Assembly: GCA_002269645.1 (NCBI GenBank)
Contig: NIVC01000321.1
Span: forward strand, 1 to 61,823
DNA from: Macrostomum lignano
Taxonomy: Eukaryota
Direction of reading: 5' to 3'
DNA length: 61,823 nucleotides
A model generated the notes under the pieces. That model did no database searches. It was not told the DNA's origin and saw only the letters and a list, made by a program, of their open reading frames with translations. Below are positions 47,338 to 60,393 of the stretch, piece after piece. Both the position numbers and the translations under genes were made by a program. Within the stretch, counting starts at the first letter, position 1, and every line of letters begins with the position of its first letter.

Positions 47338-48090
47338 TTGACTTACTTTGACTTAGCTGCAGGGCTGTCCCGGAGGGGACACAGTGGGAAGGCGCGAGCG
47401 CCCATTCCGCTAGTCCCTGAACGGCCGACGCGTCGCTATGGACGGAGGGTTGGCGCCGCCCAGGGAGGTCCCCCAGTGTCGCCAGCAGCTATGGTGCTCT
47501 CTGGAAAGGAGAGTTCAGCCCTGCGGGTGGCCCGAAGGTAGCGCATGAGCTGATTAAAGTTTTCGGGTTTGCACGCTTCAGTAATAGATGTGTGTGGCCC
47601 GAGGTAAGTGAGTCTGGCCCGCGTGAAGGCGGGACAGATGCTGACGAAATGCTCAGCGGTTTCGTCACCTGAGTTGCAGAAACTGCAGGTGGCGTTGGTG
47701 GCGTTGCCCTGCAGGTACTGGTGCCTGGAGAAGCAGCCGTGACCAGAGAGGGTCATGGTGGCAGCCCGGATGTCTCTGCGCGAGAGGCGCAAGAGAAGCT
47801 TCCGGAGCTGGTGAGAGGGCTGAGGGACAGCGCCTCTGGATTGCCTGCAGTTCGTGCGGTTCGCCCAAGTCGAGCGGTGCTGAGTCCTGATCCACGCTTT
47901 GATGCGCGAGTCGATGACACAGCCAGGAATCGGGACAAGAGGTTCGGGGCCGAGAGAGGAGCCGGAGGCACCAACTTTTGCAAGGGTGTCAGCCAACTCA
48001 TTTCCTCGGATCCCCACATGCCCCGGAACCCACTTAAGGGTAATTTTGTTGGCGGAACCCAACACGTTGAGGAGTTTGATACAGTCGAGG
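47338..48090 (-). mobile_element. 5'-truncated LINE (RNase H end, Cys-His, tail), related to the 4.9-9.7 kb element, 11-bp TSD ATGTATTTCTC
   Basis: TSD 47327-47337 and 48091-48101; WVPGHVGIRGNELAD; CSFC..EHFVSIC; TAAGTCAAAGTAAGTCAAG tail. Confidence 0.93.
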
Positions 48091-48356
48091 ATGTATTTCT
48101 CACGTTCCCCATCTTTTAATCGTGCATTAGCGAGTTTTCTTGCGCTTTCCCCTCCTCATCCCGTGCCTACTTAGAGTATTGTTTGTGCTCAGCGTCACCC
48201 CATCTCCTTTTAGGATCCCAATTTGTGACGCACGGTAGGTTCCTGACCCTGACACGATGACTCAAGTGATTTTCGGCGTGAGAACCAAAAATTTCTCGTC
48301 CTATCTTTGGACTTGCTGTCAGACATTGATCTGACCCATTCGTCTATAGGACGAAC

Positions 48357-48731
48357 CATAGATAAAGTATACATAGATTCCACCCCTACCCCCGCGGAGT
48401 GTCTAAATTGTGACCATCACTTTATTCACTGCGCTCCTATTGGCTGGGCCACGCTATGCACATTGAGTCCACGTGTGTACATTCCCCCAACTCCGCTTTT
48501 CTATTATCTCCGCTTTAACTGTTGAAACTGGTAAGACATCCTTTCGTTCCGCGCATTAAAGTTATAAAGCTTTCTTGTGTGGAAGGGGTGAGGGAATGAA
48601 ATCGAAGGTGTTGAAAGGAAGGCTTTCGCGCCAGCCAATGAGAGCACGGTGAGTTTTATGGTGGTCAAAGTTTGGACACGAGCGTGTGTACATTCTGGGC
48701 AGGGGTGGAATCTATGTATACTTTATCTATG
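48357..48731. mobile_element. 375-bp MITE, CATAGA termini, 8-bp TSD GGACGAAC (P-element-like)
   Basis: Perfect about 31-bp TIR CATAGATAAAGTATACATAGATTCCACCCCT, with imperfect pairing further in; TSD 48349-48356 and 48732-48739. Confidence 0.85.
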
Positions 48732-48873
48732 GGACGAACCTCTGCCGGCCCGCGGTCTGTTACCGCCCAGCATCCTCAGCATCACCTGAGCTACATCAGC
48801 GCCTCGTCGCTTCAGCGCATCGCCGCTTCACTGCCTGCCTGTCCGAAGCCTACAGCCGTCCTCGGTCACTCCG

Positions 48874-48876
<3 letters not shown>

Positions 48877-48926
<50 letters not shown>
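48877..48926. repeat. (CT)n microsatellite
   Basis: Direct inspection. Confidence 0.99.
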
Positions 48927-48930
<4 letters not shown>

Positions 48931-50132
48931 AGCTGCCGGTGAGTTCCTGTACTGATACTCTAATTGACTTTGCTTATCCGGGGTTTGCTTATTTCCCATT
49001 GCTTGACTAGAGAACTGAGCCATTTGTGTACCGTACTTTGCTGTATTTTACTCATAGTGAAGCCGCCTAATTGCCTGATTATTTCGCCTAAGGGCCTAAT
49101 TGTTAACGATTACTAAACTCCTCATTTTTCACACCTTCACCATCACTTCACCCATGGCTTGCTAAGCCTTCTCCCGGGGTGGCAAAGCATAAGGAAGTTT
49201 GGGTAAGCTAATGGCCTCTCCCCGTGCAAAGCCCGCCTGTGTGTTCGTGCTGCGGGTCCGTGTGTGCGTGCAGTAGAGGGAATTAGCGAGTCATGGCACA
49301 GAATGGCAGCAGGAAGGTTGCAACCCCATGCTGACGCGTCCCTTCGCCCTGAGCAATCTAAACTATAGCTAGTACATGTTCATCTCACACTACTCTTAGT
49401 AATTGAAGGCTCAAGTCCGCCTCATTCACAGCCACAAAGGATCCCCTGCTGAGAAATCCTCCAGATTGAGCCCAGAGTTCCCGATCATGCCCCAAGCAGA
49501 GGCCCTGTACTCGGCTGCATGCGTCTCCCCTGTTAGCCTAAATCTCCTGGTAACCAATCCAGACGGGGCTCTAGCCTCGAGAGGTCTGGTCGTAAGATCC
49601 AGGTCACATAGAGTGGTGGCAGCCATTCGGTCACACTGTGACCGAGTGACCAATTATTGCACTTTGGCTACAGGTGGGGTCCGTGTGGGTCCTTGGCTAC
49701 TTTTTAAAGGCTACTTTTCGCCGAGATATACACTACGGAGATCGGAAGTTTACATTTTTTCAGCACAAAAATTGTTATTGCTTTTGATAGGAGGCAGATC
49801 CAGTGTTCATCTTTTGATATGTTGTGCCTTTCTTATCGCTCTATTGATATTCATATATAGCTTTCGTTCAGAAAACTAGGATTCAATGTAAACTTTTTAT
49901 TCTACCTACATTTCCTGTACCTAAAGATCATAAAAAGTATGGCACAGCTCAAATATTTTGTTTTATGAATCGATTTTATCATCTCTGTTACAAATATTGT
50001 TACACAGTCAGCTAAGGATGACAAAATAGATTCCAATGAGCTGAGCCGTGCCATTTTAATGGTTTTCATGCACAAGACATATGCAATTGTACGTAGAACA
50101 AGAAATTAACATTGAATCCTAATTTTCTGAAC

Positions 50133-52114
50133 AAGCCTTCGGGCCTCAGGTCTCAGAAATAAATCAATTAGAGTCCTGGCCCCCCACTCCTGTCAGATGG
50201 TCAGCCCCATGGTAGCTTGATCGTGTGGCGAGCAGTCTAGGTCCTATAGCTAAGAGAGGGATAGCGAGAGACAAGCAGGGAGAATTTTGAAGGTAGAAAT
50301 TAGCTAATCCGCAGACTAAGCTAACTCGCTGCCACCAGCCCGTGCGTCCTGGCTCACCACACCGGGGCTCTCGAAATCGGGCTTCCGACTAGAGGGGGCT
50401 TTGCATTTACCTGCCAACTAGTGTCTTTTTGCTGTCAATCTCGAAGTCATAGCCGATGATAAGGGACACTGCTGGGACTAGATCGCATTGGCCATGCAGG
50501 TACAGAGGGGACTTGTGCAGGGGATTCTTGCAGTGGCGAGTCTATGGGGTAGCTACATGTACTATTACATTGCTAAATACGAGGAATTGTACTTTTGGCC
50601 TTTAACGCGCCAACCAGCCTCTCGTAGCGCTGATGATAGACTAACTCGAACTTCAGAGACCTCGCACGATTCATTACCCGAGCCGCTTGGCGAACCTAGA
50701 GTGCACAAAGTACATCTCTGGTGCCGATTCTGCACTTCTGGCAGTTTTGCTCACTGATTTGATTGATTGATCGACTGAGAACTGCTTTGCCATTGGTCCA
50801 CTGTGACCGGCGCCTACTAGCTTAGCTATTCATCTGAGCCATCGGCGAACAAAGAAATAAAACCGATAAAAATAACTGTTAGATTTAACCTTCTCCTCAA
50901 ATCACTTCACACTTCAGATTGAATTGGAGTTTCAGACTACTAGAAGTATTATTGAATGACTTCTGCCTCGATTACAGCACTACTGAACAAAATGAGCAAA
51001 AGTGTGCGCCTAATTCAGCTACTGAAACAGGGGACAGATAAGGGATCACCCAATCAAGCAAGTCTAGGTAGCCCCTCACCCAACCAATCAGAAACTCAAC
51101 AGCCGGAGACCAGGAAATCCACAGTGACCGAATCGGCTTAGTGCTTCGCAGCTGTAGATTCGGGATGATGCTGACACAATCTTCGCTGATAGCTAGCAGG
51201 TGATGATCTTAACTTTGATGTTCGCTGCTGATGACCGGGGGACTCGTCCTTGATGATGATGGGGGAAGTCGCAGTCCTGGGATCAAGAAACGACGGTCGC
51301 GCTCCGGGATGCCTCAAGCTAGGCTAAGGTCCCAGGAGGTGAGCGCAAGTCCGGAAGGTCGGAAGGTTGAGGTCCGAGTGGGCCAAAAACTCCGGTTTAA
51401 ATAGCCGCCAACTGGACCGCAGTTTGTTATAACGGAACACGTCGATTCTGATTGGCTGAGCCGTTTTGTTAAAATGAGCGCCGAATTTTCTGATTGGCTA
51501 AGCTTGTCGCTACCCAGAATCACGTGACCGAGAGATCCTATCAGTTCCCACAGGGTCGTAAAGAGATGACAGGTGCGGCCATAAATCACTCAAAATCGCA
51601 ACAAAATGATTTATGACTTTTCGCGTAGGATTGACAGAAATTAATGAAAAAATATACATTAGAAAGCTCTTATTAAATAGAAAGTGAAGATAATGAAGAG
51701 AAATCGCTAATCGCTAATCCCAAAGTACTTTTAGGGGTAAAACGTATAGCTGTCAAAGCTGTCACACGCTTGAGTGAATCCGAACAATAAGCTCTGACCT
51801 CATAAATCTTGATGGCCTGTCAAACTGATGCGAAAAAAGCTACCGCCCGCATCCTCTCAGACCATCTGGCGCCCGTTTCAACACTGAGTGAGGCGCAGGT
51901 GGCTGTCAGACCAGCTTCGAAAGCGATGATTTATGACCCAAAAAGCAATGCCTATGTTATTATGACTACTAGTATGGCCAGACATTATATCTAGTATAGA
52001 TTCTATGACTATTCGCAGAAAAATGATAAAATGCCCACTGCCCACTGTTAGTAGGCAAGTAAGTTTAGAGCCCATGTGCTAGCGCGGGATTTGGGAAAAA
52101 GTGCGTCCTCATCA
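50133..52114 (-). mobile_element. About 2-kb LTR-like dispersed element, copy 2 (no MITE)
   Basis: Highly similar to 12784-15272. Confidence 0.6.
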
Positions 52115-52924
52115 CGTTGCTTTAGTTGTCCTTGGCAGAATTGCCTTACTGCTGGTTTTGCCTATAGTAGGGGCAATGACGCTCCAATTGAAGGGATAAC
52201 CTAGGAACGAAATTGCATATATGACACCTTAATAAATATATCCAAGATATTAGGATGCAACCATGACGCAATTAAAAAGTCTTTTTACACTACTGCAAGT
52301 AGAAATGATAATATATCTTTTCACAGACCCAAACGAAGAGTTAAACAAAATTACCCAAAAATTTTCATATCTTCGATACAGCATGCAAACAAAAATAGGA
52401 CGAAAACTGACTAAAAAACTAAAAGTAAATTCGTATAATTAAAAAATAATTTCAAAGCTCTCCATTTAATCCCATATATTGACAGCGCTAGTTAGAGATG
52501 CTGAGTGTAACGGGTCAATCTGTCTACGGCATTCGTTGTCGGCTATAGTGCATCATACATGTAATTTCTGCATTTGATACTTGATTCGGTATTTGACAGG
52601 TGTGATAATTAGCTAAGAATGGGAATTAGGAATGTTTCTACGAGTAGGAGCGTAGGAATATGGATGTCTTTTAGTTTTCATGCAGTGGTTCGTTTAAACT
52701 GCATATAATATTCTTACTGAAAATGGTATATTAATTCTATCACACGCTTACATCGTTGTGCAAATATGCAATTAGTTTTAAATGGTGAAAGTATTATAAA
52801 ATTAATAAAGCTACTGAAACTTTTAAGGGCGTAGGAAAAGAAGCAATATACTTATTTGTTATGTTTTTTCAATAAGATAGATGAGCGTAGTATAGTATAA
52901 GCATTTACATTGCGCTTTACAAGA

Positions 52925-53739
52925 TTACATTTTAAAAGTGCAGTTAAAGTTTTTGCATGAATACAATTTGCTGGCTTCTGTCATGCGTTGATAAGCTTGG
53001 CAGAGCTGTTTAGAAGCGTTTTTTGGAGCCGCCTCTGCTCCGCTGGCGAACCGCCACTGGTGTAGCCACGCGCTAGAAGGAGGCTCATCGAAAAACTGCA
53101 CGTGAATTTGCTTCGAGCAGAAGCTCTTGGTGCAGTTTGTTCCGCGCCGGGGTAGGCAAACCATCGCCGGCCACCAGTTTTCTCCATCTGTTGGCCAGTA
53201 ACCTAGTACAAGCGATCCAGGTTGAATTTTCTGACGCTTGGCTGCACTATCGGCTGGAGCTCGAGCTGGCGGTCGCTTTCTAGCTAGGCGACGTCCTGAT
53301 CCTATGTGGACAGCGACATCAGCGGAAGCGTTGCCAGCGGCGGCATCGGCAGCGGAGGCTGAGGCGACGCCATCGCCAGCGGACGCGGAGACAACAGCGC
53401 CATCAATGTCGTTATCGCTGTTGCCGTACAGCTGGTTTACTATACCATTGAGATCCTCCGAGTCAAACGGCGAGCAGGACGGCGTCCGACAGGACGGTGT
53501 CAAGCAGCACGGCGCCAGCCACGGTGTCGCTAGGCACAGCGGCGCCAGACACGGTGGCGCCAGGCACAGCGTCGCCAGGCACAGCGCCACCAGCGGCAAG
53601 CAGGACGGGAGCAGTTTTTGCCATCGGCACGGCGGAGGAGCCCTGGACGCAGTCGCTGATGGGCCCGCAACCGACACGGAGTCCATGTCAGCAGACGGCA
53701 GATTTTCCATCCTATGCAGAATGCTGTCCAGGTCGTAAT
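52925..53739 (-). CDS. Crypton-like gene, last exon: low-complexity linker plus PWWP domain
   Basis: Acceptor ttAG|AT phase 1; GSLVLGYWP..NWWPAMV..IHVQFFDEPPSSAWL. Confidence 0.8.
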
Positions 53740-53960
53740 CTAATGGAGGAAAGATAGAAAGTAGCAAGTTTTTTAAGCGAATTCCTTTAACAAGGAGAAA
53801 AAAATTTAGAACTGACCATCTTTTTTATTGCTAAGGTAAATTTTTTTGGTCATTTCTGACAAAATTAATAAATTTCTTTGCATTTATAGCGCATTTTAAT
53901 CGTACGGGTTATTCGCAAATTCTAATTTCCCTCAAATGCTAGCAACCATGCTGTACTCAC

Positions 53961-54123
53961 TGTCGCCATCGATGCCGCCGGCGAGTTCGTTGGCCGCCCT
54001 CTGCAGCCGGCTGCCTTGAATTGGAGCTTTGGCGCTCAGGATGTCCTCTTGCAGCGCTGTCGCACTCGACGCCAACTTCTTCGTTAGGTCACGTCCTTTC
54101 TTTCGCCTCTCCTTGGTCTGGCC
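53961..54123 (-). CDS. Crypton-like gene, exon after the catalytic Tyr
   Basis: aaacAG|GGC phase 0; donor A|GTGAGT phase 1; 163 nt. Confidence 0.75.
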
Positions 54124-54239
54124 CTGTTTGCATTTTCAGACGGGATTGCAGGTTTGATGGAGTCAGATCAGTAAAATTAATAAAAAAAATACGATATTGT
54201 TGGGCTGCGCCCTTCCAGTGCTTGTGTTTTCAGTTTTCA

Positions 54240-54960
54240 TGCCACCCCGCCCCGTCCCCCGTCTCGCGCCCGGGCCAGGGTTTGTGAGAGGCGTAAGCCT
54301 TAACCCTGGCCTAGCCCTTTCTGCACCCAGTCCCCGGCGCAACTTCTGTCCAATCTAGGTGCTGACCCTACCCCCTCCCTCTTTGCCCGCCTCACCCTGG
54401 GGCTGCTCGTATTGGCTTGGCTGGCTGAGAAGCCGGCTGGGCCCCAGGGTTTGGCTCGCCCTCTCCATTCTGCCCCACCCCTCCCCCCTTTTTTGTGTAA
54501 ATATTATTTAAGGGCCCGCCCTGAGCGTGCTGCGCTCCACGTTTCTTTCTTTTTGTTTGTATTCTATCCCGTTCTTCGGCGTCACTCTGCAAACCTGCTC
54601 TCTGCAAGCTAATAACTCGACTCCCGCAATCGCTGATTATTCTGCTTCGTGCCAATAAACGCTTCGCCAATAAACGCTTCGCGAATAAGTCTGTAAACGC
54701 AGAGGTGAGCACGTGCTTTCGTCTTTTGGGTTGCCGCGTGGGGCCGGGAGCTGGTAGGGACCTGAGACCGGTAAACACTCGCTGATCTCAGGGTGGTCGG
54801 TCCGGCGAACTCTCGCCGAGCCGAGCGAAGGGCGCGTAGGAGTAGCCGGGGTAGAGGGCTGGGACCGGGGTGTCTTAGGCGGGAGGACCCGAACCCTGAC
54901 CCGTCCAGCGGCCATTAGGTCGAGACACAACAATATAATACTCGTAATGGTGTAAACTAC
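54240..54960. mobile_element. GC-rich LTR-like insertion in the Crypton-like intron
   Basis: Composition shift and repeated AATAAACGCTTCGC; ends not resolved. Confidence 0.3.
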
Positions 54961-55159
54961 ATTCGTACATTGGTGCAAGGGCTCAAATGCGCAGCTTTAA
55001 TGACTGAACCTATGTTATATGCAGCTATTCAGTGTATTGAATTTAGTTCTTATTCAGGACTATTTAGTTGCTAAGGCATCCAATTTTACGCTTAAAATGT
55101 AATTTTTGTAGTTTCAGAAGTCTTCTGTGACAATTATTTAGCAAATTTAGCAATTTTAC

Positions 55160-55622
55160 CTGGTAAAATTGGCGCTGCACACCTTCGTTGTGATTCTGGT
55201 GGTCAGCCATGAGCCGCTGTTCCTCCGCAGAGCAGTTCGACAGGCCCATGACTTCCAACCATTGCCGAAAATTTGAAACGGTAACGTTCTTGAGCAGTGG
55301 AGAATACCTTTCTCGATATTGATAGAACAGTCTATCAAAGGACCCGTAAGGAAATACGAGCGCCAGGTCATCGTCCTTTGGACGCTCAGCGAAGCGCTGG
55401 GCCAGCAGCTGCATGAGCAGGTCGGCGCAGGGCGCGACGCTGGCCCAGGCCGACCATGCTTGGCGTTGGACTTGTGACTTTGCACCTTTAACGGCTCGTT
55501 AGGTGCTTTGAGCCACCTTGAGCCGGGCGTCAGAGATTAGGCAGGTAGAGGCTACGCCTTGCCGGTTGGCATTTCCATCACCAAAACAGATAACCATGCC
55601 AACGGCCAGGTATGTCACCGTC
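55160..55622 (-). pseudogene. Crypton-like tyrosine recombinase catalytic exon (compensating +1/-1 shift or one stop near 55500)
   Basis: NANRQG (Arg), VQSHKS..HG (Lys), TVSNFR (Arg), MADHQNH (His), RQFYQ (Tyr); 463 nt keeps phase 2 to 0. Confidence 0.8.
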
Positions 55623-55820
55623 CTGTGCGGATGGAATTAGAGGTATTTATTTATTTAGAGGTAATTTTCTGAGCTGTCTCAGATTTCTGTAATTTCTGAG
55701 CTAATAAAATTTGCAGTGCCATTCTGAATACCAGTGCTATTTTGAATTCCAGTGTCATATTAAGCCCCATCAAACTTTTATACCTCGGCATAAAAAGCAT
55801 TGGGAAAAAATTTAACTCAC

Positions 55821-56790
55821 CTGTCCTTGGTTGATCGCGCTTCTGCCAGCACAGCGTCTTTCATCTGAAAGACTGCTGCAATCTGCTCGCCTGTGAGCAA
55901 TTCTTCCTCTCGGCGGTCAACAAGCTTCGCGTAATATTCAGCCTTCGACCCCATTGAACTTGCAGTCCAATATTTTGTGGACTGCCTGTACGAGGTCAGC
56001 TGTTGGTGCATCCCACCGTCTACGATCTGCTGGAAACGGCGGGTAATTGAAAAATTACCGAATTTCTCAAGTGCGGACACCATTTGTTTTAGAATCGAGT
56101 AGGACAAACTGTTCAGGTACTCGCTAATTTTATCGCGCAGATCTTCGCTGATCAGCTGATTGAAGCTCGTAATGTCTAGACGCTGCATTAGCCGTTTGAG
56201 GTAGCAGCGGATCTCGCGGAACGTAGCCGGCTTTTTCCGTCCGCCGAGAGAGCTGGCCAGGAAGACGCAAAGTGCTTCCACGTCAACTGTCGATGGGTGC
56301 TCAGCCACTGCTGCTCTGGCTGGCACTTTGGCCCTGGCTTCGATCAGTTTCTGCTCTTTCTCGGCTCGGACTACGCTAGGGTGGCTGTTTCGCTTGTGGC
56401 TGCTAAGCTGATTCGCGTTGTTCTTCCATTCGCCGCAGACTGCACACTGTAGTGCCGTCTCGGGCATCGGGCCAGCAGTTCTTTGGTGCGTATGCAGCTC
56501 AACTGCAGCTCGCAGCGCTTGCAGAGCTTTTCTCTGCAGAGCATCTGCTGGTTACTGTGCATTTACTGTGCAGTTGCTGCTAGCTTTTCTTTCGTGCTTT
56601 CTTGAACAGCTGAGTGCGCCCTTTTGATGTGTTCGCTGAATCTGGATTCTTTAATTGGCATGCAGCTGCCGAACGGGCAAATGTATTCTTGCCCGGCCCG
56701 CGTTTTCTTTGGCTGCTGGGTGCTGGCGGGCTGCTGGGTGCTGGCGGGCTGCTGAATGGACGACTTTGTCCATTTCTCCCACTGCAACAA
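55821..56790 (-). CDS. Crypton-like gene 5' part: two C2H2 zinc fingers plus recombinase core-binding domain (stop/duplication near 56565)
   Basis: YICPFGSC..HIKRAH; CAVC..HKRNSH; FLASSLGGRKK..ALEKFGNF; donor AG|GTGAGT at 55821. Confidence 0.72.
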
Positions 56791-57130
56791 TTTTTCAATA
56801 AATGTTTTATCTATTGGAATTGAATTGAATTGAATTAAATAAGAATTGAAGGAATGATGCGAAATATAAATTCGAGAAATAGATTAAATATGCAAGAAAG
56901 ATGCAAGAAAATATGCTCAAAAATGGGGATGAAGTCAGTCGTCAATAATTCAAAGAGAAGATGAAATTTCATTGGTCGCAATCTTGACTCCACTATGGTG
57001 ACTAATTAAAGTTTATAATTTTACATATTTGGAACTGCTTGACACGATTCTTTACAATAATGGCGCAATCATAAGTTTGGTGCAACAAATTTGCTTAGAT
57101 AGGTATCTTCCACCATGAACCACCTATCAC

Positions 57131-57346
57131 TTTCATTGTTTAGCAATTTGACAATCATTATTCACATTTTTAATGCAGAACAATCCATTACTACAAACAA
57201 TGCATTGTCTGTAGGATCGTCAAACAGAAAAACAATGCAAAGAATCAGCGGTCGCAGCACGTGACAACGATTTGTCTATGGCTCGCGCCTACCGGCGCTC
57301 GCCAGACAATCGTTGTCACGCACTGGGACCGCTGATTATTTATCCA
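57131..57346. repeat. 216-bp dispersed hairpin repeat, copy 2
   Basis: Matches 12391-12606. Confidence 0.9.
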
Positions 57347-57683
57347 CTGAGCATAGCGCAATCTTGAGCATACTCAGAGCACGTATTTGCTTTTAAACAA
57401 TCGTGAAAACTGCGATTACTATCTTTAGCTCTATGGCAGAAAGGGAGACAACGAAAGGCGCTTGGTGAGAACACAGGTGGCACAATTGAGCCCAATGCCA
57501 AAACACAAAGACAAAAGGACACGAAAGAAAACGAGTACAAAGCGAAAAAACACCGAACACGAAGATTACGAGCATAACAACAGGAAATAAAACATTACAA
57601 AGGCAAGCAAGGACAGTAAAAGCAAAGGAACCGACGAAGAAAAAAGAAGTTAACAACACGCACAAAAACCATGAATGGCTGAG

Positions 57684-58746
57684 TTAGCAAAGCCTCTGCA
57701 CCGCCTGAGCCATCTTCTTGGCAGCTCGGAAGGATAAGTCACTCTCAGGTCGCTGCGCCAGTCGCTGCGTCGCTGCGCCAGTCACCGACAGCCTTGATCT
57801 CATCCTCTGCCAGCTCAGCTCGAAGGCACCACGTAGCGCCGCCCCGCCGCAGACTGTGCGCAGAGTACAGCACACCCTGGCCCTGAAGTCCAGCGCAGCG
57901 CAGGGAATTTCGGAGAAAGCGCACGAAATAGGAAGCTGACAGATTGACCCGCTTTGAGCCGCTTGACGCTGAGAAGAGCGGGGTGGACGGAGCCGAGATG
58001 CCATTGACACGTAGGTGCCGCATCATGGCTTCAGTCGGGCAGAGTGGGTGGCCACCGGACAGTTTCGGCAGCAGCACGCGGTGCACCCGGGCTCCGAACT
58101 GGTTGGTTTTACTGTGCCTCAGGCTCAGAACCAGGCCGGATGGCACTGCTCTCAGGTCCCTTCGCTGGAGCGCTTGCACTCCTGCTGACTCGGGAACAGG
58201 CTGGATTTGCGCAACATCGCCCACCAGCCGCACAGGATTGCCGCCCAGCATGCAACGCCTCGTGGGTCGCTATCGTGAATGGTGCGACGAATGCGAAGCA
58301 GGTCGTCAGGTGAGAGGGCCTGAGCTCGCCGTGGGTGCCGCTGAGGGCGCGCCTGGAGCCTCGAACAAGGAGGAGCACAGGGGATGCTTCGTGATGTCGA
58401 CCGCGCTGGCGGATCTTAGAAAAGCAGAGATTGCGCTGAGATGTACTCGGAGGCTACTGGGCGACCAAAGACGAGTGAAGCACAGCTCCGCCAGGTAGTT
58501 GAGTAACGTGGCGACGGTAGAGTTGACCGGATCGGTGCCGACAGCCCGGCAATGCCGCAGCCAGGAGGCGACGGCGGATGACAGTGACCGCCTTGAGCTG
58601 CTAGCGTAGGCGAGACTCAGCAGGCGGCGGGCTTGGGGCCCGACGTGGCTGGCGGCTGCAGGAGGGAGGCGACCTGAAAATTGAGAAAGCGACGGGTGGC
58701 GGGGCAGAGGCAGTGAACTCTTCATCATCAACATCGAGAGTCCCAT
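57684..58746 (-). pseudogene. Ngaro-like tyrosine recombinase, frameshifted, catalytic Tyr region overwritten
   Basis: MLRKSSL; SKTNQFG; HSLRRGGAT; GDWRSDA followed by a duplicated GACTGGCGCAGCGAC. Confidence 0.88.
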
Positions 58747-60313
58747 AGACCCGACACAGAAAATTTACAAGCTGACTGCGGCTATGCAACCGGGAACCCG
58801 GGTCGGCCAACAACTGAAAATTTCCCGGGACGTGCAGCACCTTCAGATCGAGTTCATTTTGAACACAGAGCAGAGCCAGCTGTTGCAGCAGCCGGAGAAT
58901 GATGGGTTCTCTAGACGAACCTTTATTGCCGTTGTCGCAGAAAACGCCAATACGATAGCCAAAAAGCTGGCTACCCCAGCAGATGACCGCGAGAAGGACG
59001 GTCACAGCCTCCTTGTAATTAATAGGAAGATTTTCGTACTCGGCCTCAGCATCAGCTGACCAGTTGAAGTAGAGCCAGTCCCGGCAACCATTCGAATCTT
59101 GGAGAATAGCAGCACCGCCTAGACCGCAAGCATCTGTCTCCATGGCGAGGCAGGGCTTGTTTGGCTGCCAGGTCAGTCTAGATCGACGGCTTTCCAGCGC
59201 AAGGCGCCACCAGAGTAAGCAGCTGTGCAGTGGAGTGTTCATCTTGACTCGATGACTCGGGCTTTTCAGTGAATCGGCAGCGTCGAAGAGGTCCCTCAGG
59301 AAAGGCCTCCCGTGAGGTACAACCTGCGCAGCCCAGTTCAGTTTGCCAATCACCCTCCGCAGAATCCACTTGGAAAGCCTCGGCTTCGCCAGGCAGTCTT
59401 TCAGCAGCAGCTGCAGCTCTTCCAACTTTTCGGGCGGTAGCGACATCGTTCCAGCCACAGATTCGAATCTGATTCCCAAGAAAACCATGCACTGAGTCGG
59501 TGGCACACATTTCTCTTCGTTGATCTCAAATCCGAGGCGCACAACGAGACTCTTGAGCTCCAATAGAAGTCCCTGCATTCAGTCAAGGAACCGCAGAAGG
59601 CTAAATAATCAATATAGGCCTCCGTGTTATTGAAACCGCGTTTGATCATCATGAGTCTGATGGCAGAGCTCAGCTTTTGAAAACAGTAGACGGAAGCCGC
59701 TGCTCCGAATGGAAGCCTGGTGTCTATGAGGTAGACTGGCTCGCGGCTACCAGGAGGCAAGTACTTAATTCCGGCTAGCATCTGATCATCAGGGTGGATC
59801 CCGCACGAACGGTAGGCTTGGCTAAGGTCAACTTTACACATGTAAGAGCCGGGACGCAGTCTTCTGCTGAAGTTCGTAGCGGATGTCAGACGGAATTTTG
59901 AAGGCATTGAGTCGTTAACCGCGAGTCCCTCAGGCCGGCTGCAATCGTAAATGAGTCGCACTGAGGCGGATCCAGGCTTAGGAATGGCTCCCAAGGCACT
60001 GACAATCTGGGGCTTGATGCCAGTCGGGCAGCGGCGATACCGACCGCGCAGAACTTCTTTCTGGATCTGTGCATCGGAGGAATAATAGTTCAAGGAATAA
60101 TGTTCATGTTAATGTTCAAGGAAGGATGTTCAAGGAATAATAGTTTTCCAGTTCGATGTTTGGCTGGGGATCACTGCATATCTTGTTAGTAATGCGGAAT
60201 CCATGAGTTACACCAGAAATTATAAAACTGGCTTCATCTTTGGAGATATCAATTTCTTCCAATTCTTTCCAGGCTTCAAGATGCATGTCACTCGATAAGC
60301 AAAGATTTTTCAT
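58601..60313 (-). pseudogene. Ngaro-like RT plus RNase H
   Basis: KVDLSQAYR, LPFG, YID(Y); METDAC, INYKEA, FCDN, ADPGSR. Confidence 0.92.
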
Positions 60314-60393
60314 AAAAACTATCGGTATTGACGAGATTTTCTAGAGTTGAGATAGCATTTTTGTTGTGGGAGTCGCTCTGAACAGCTGATTCA

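Larger units (their letters stand above)
47114..49672 (+). mobile_element. Candidate LTR (about 1.4 kb net) carrying a nested LINE fragment and MITE
   Basis: TGTAACC...GGCTACA termini followed by GG-TGGGGTCCG (PBS-like); no TSD. Confidence 0.4.

Noticed and set aside
47114-49672. Solo LTR call
   Set aside because: Flanks (AGGA vs GGTG) give no TSD; kept only as a possible 5' LTR
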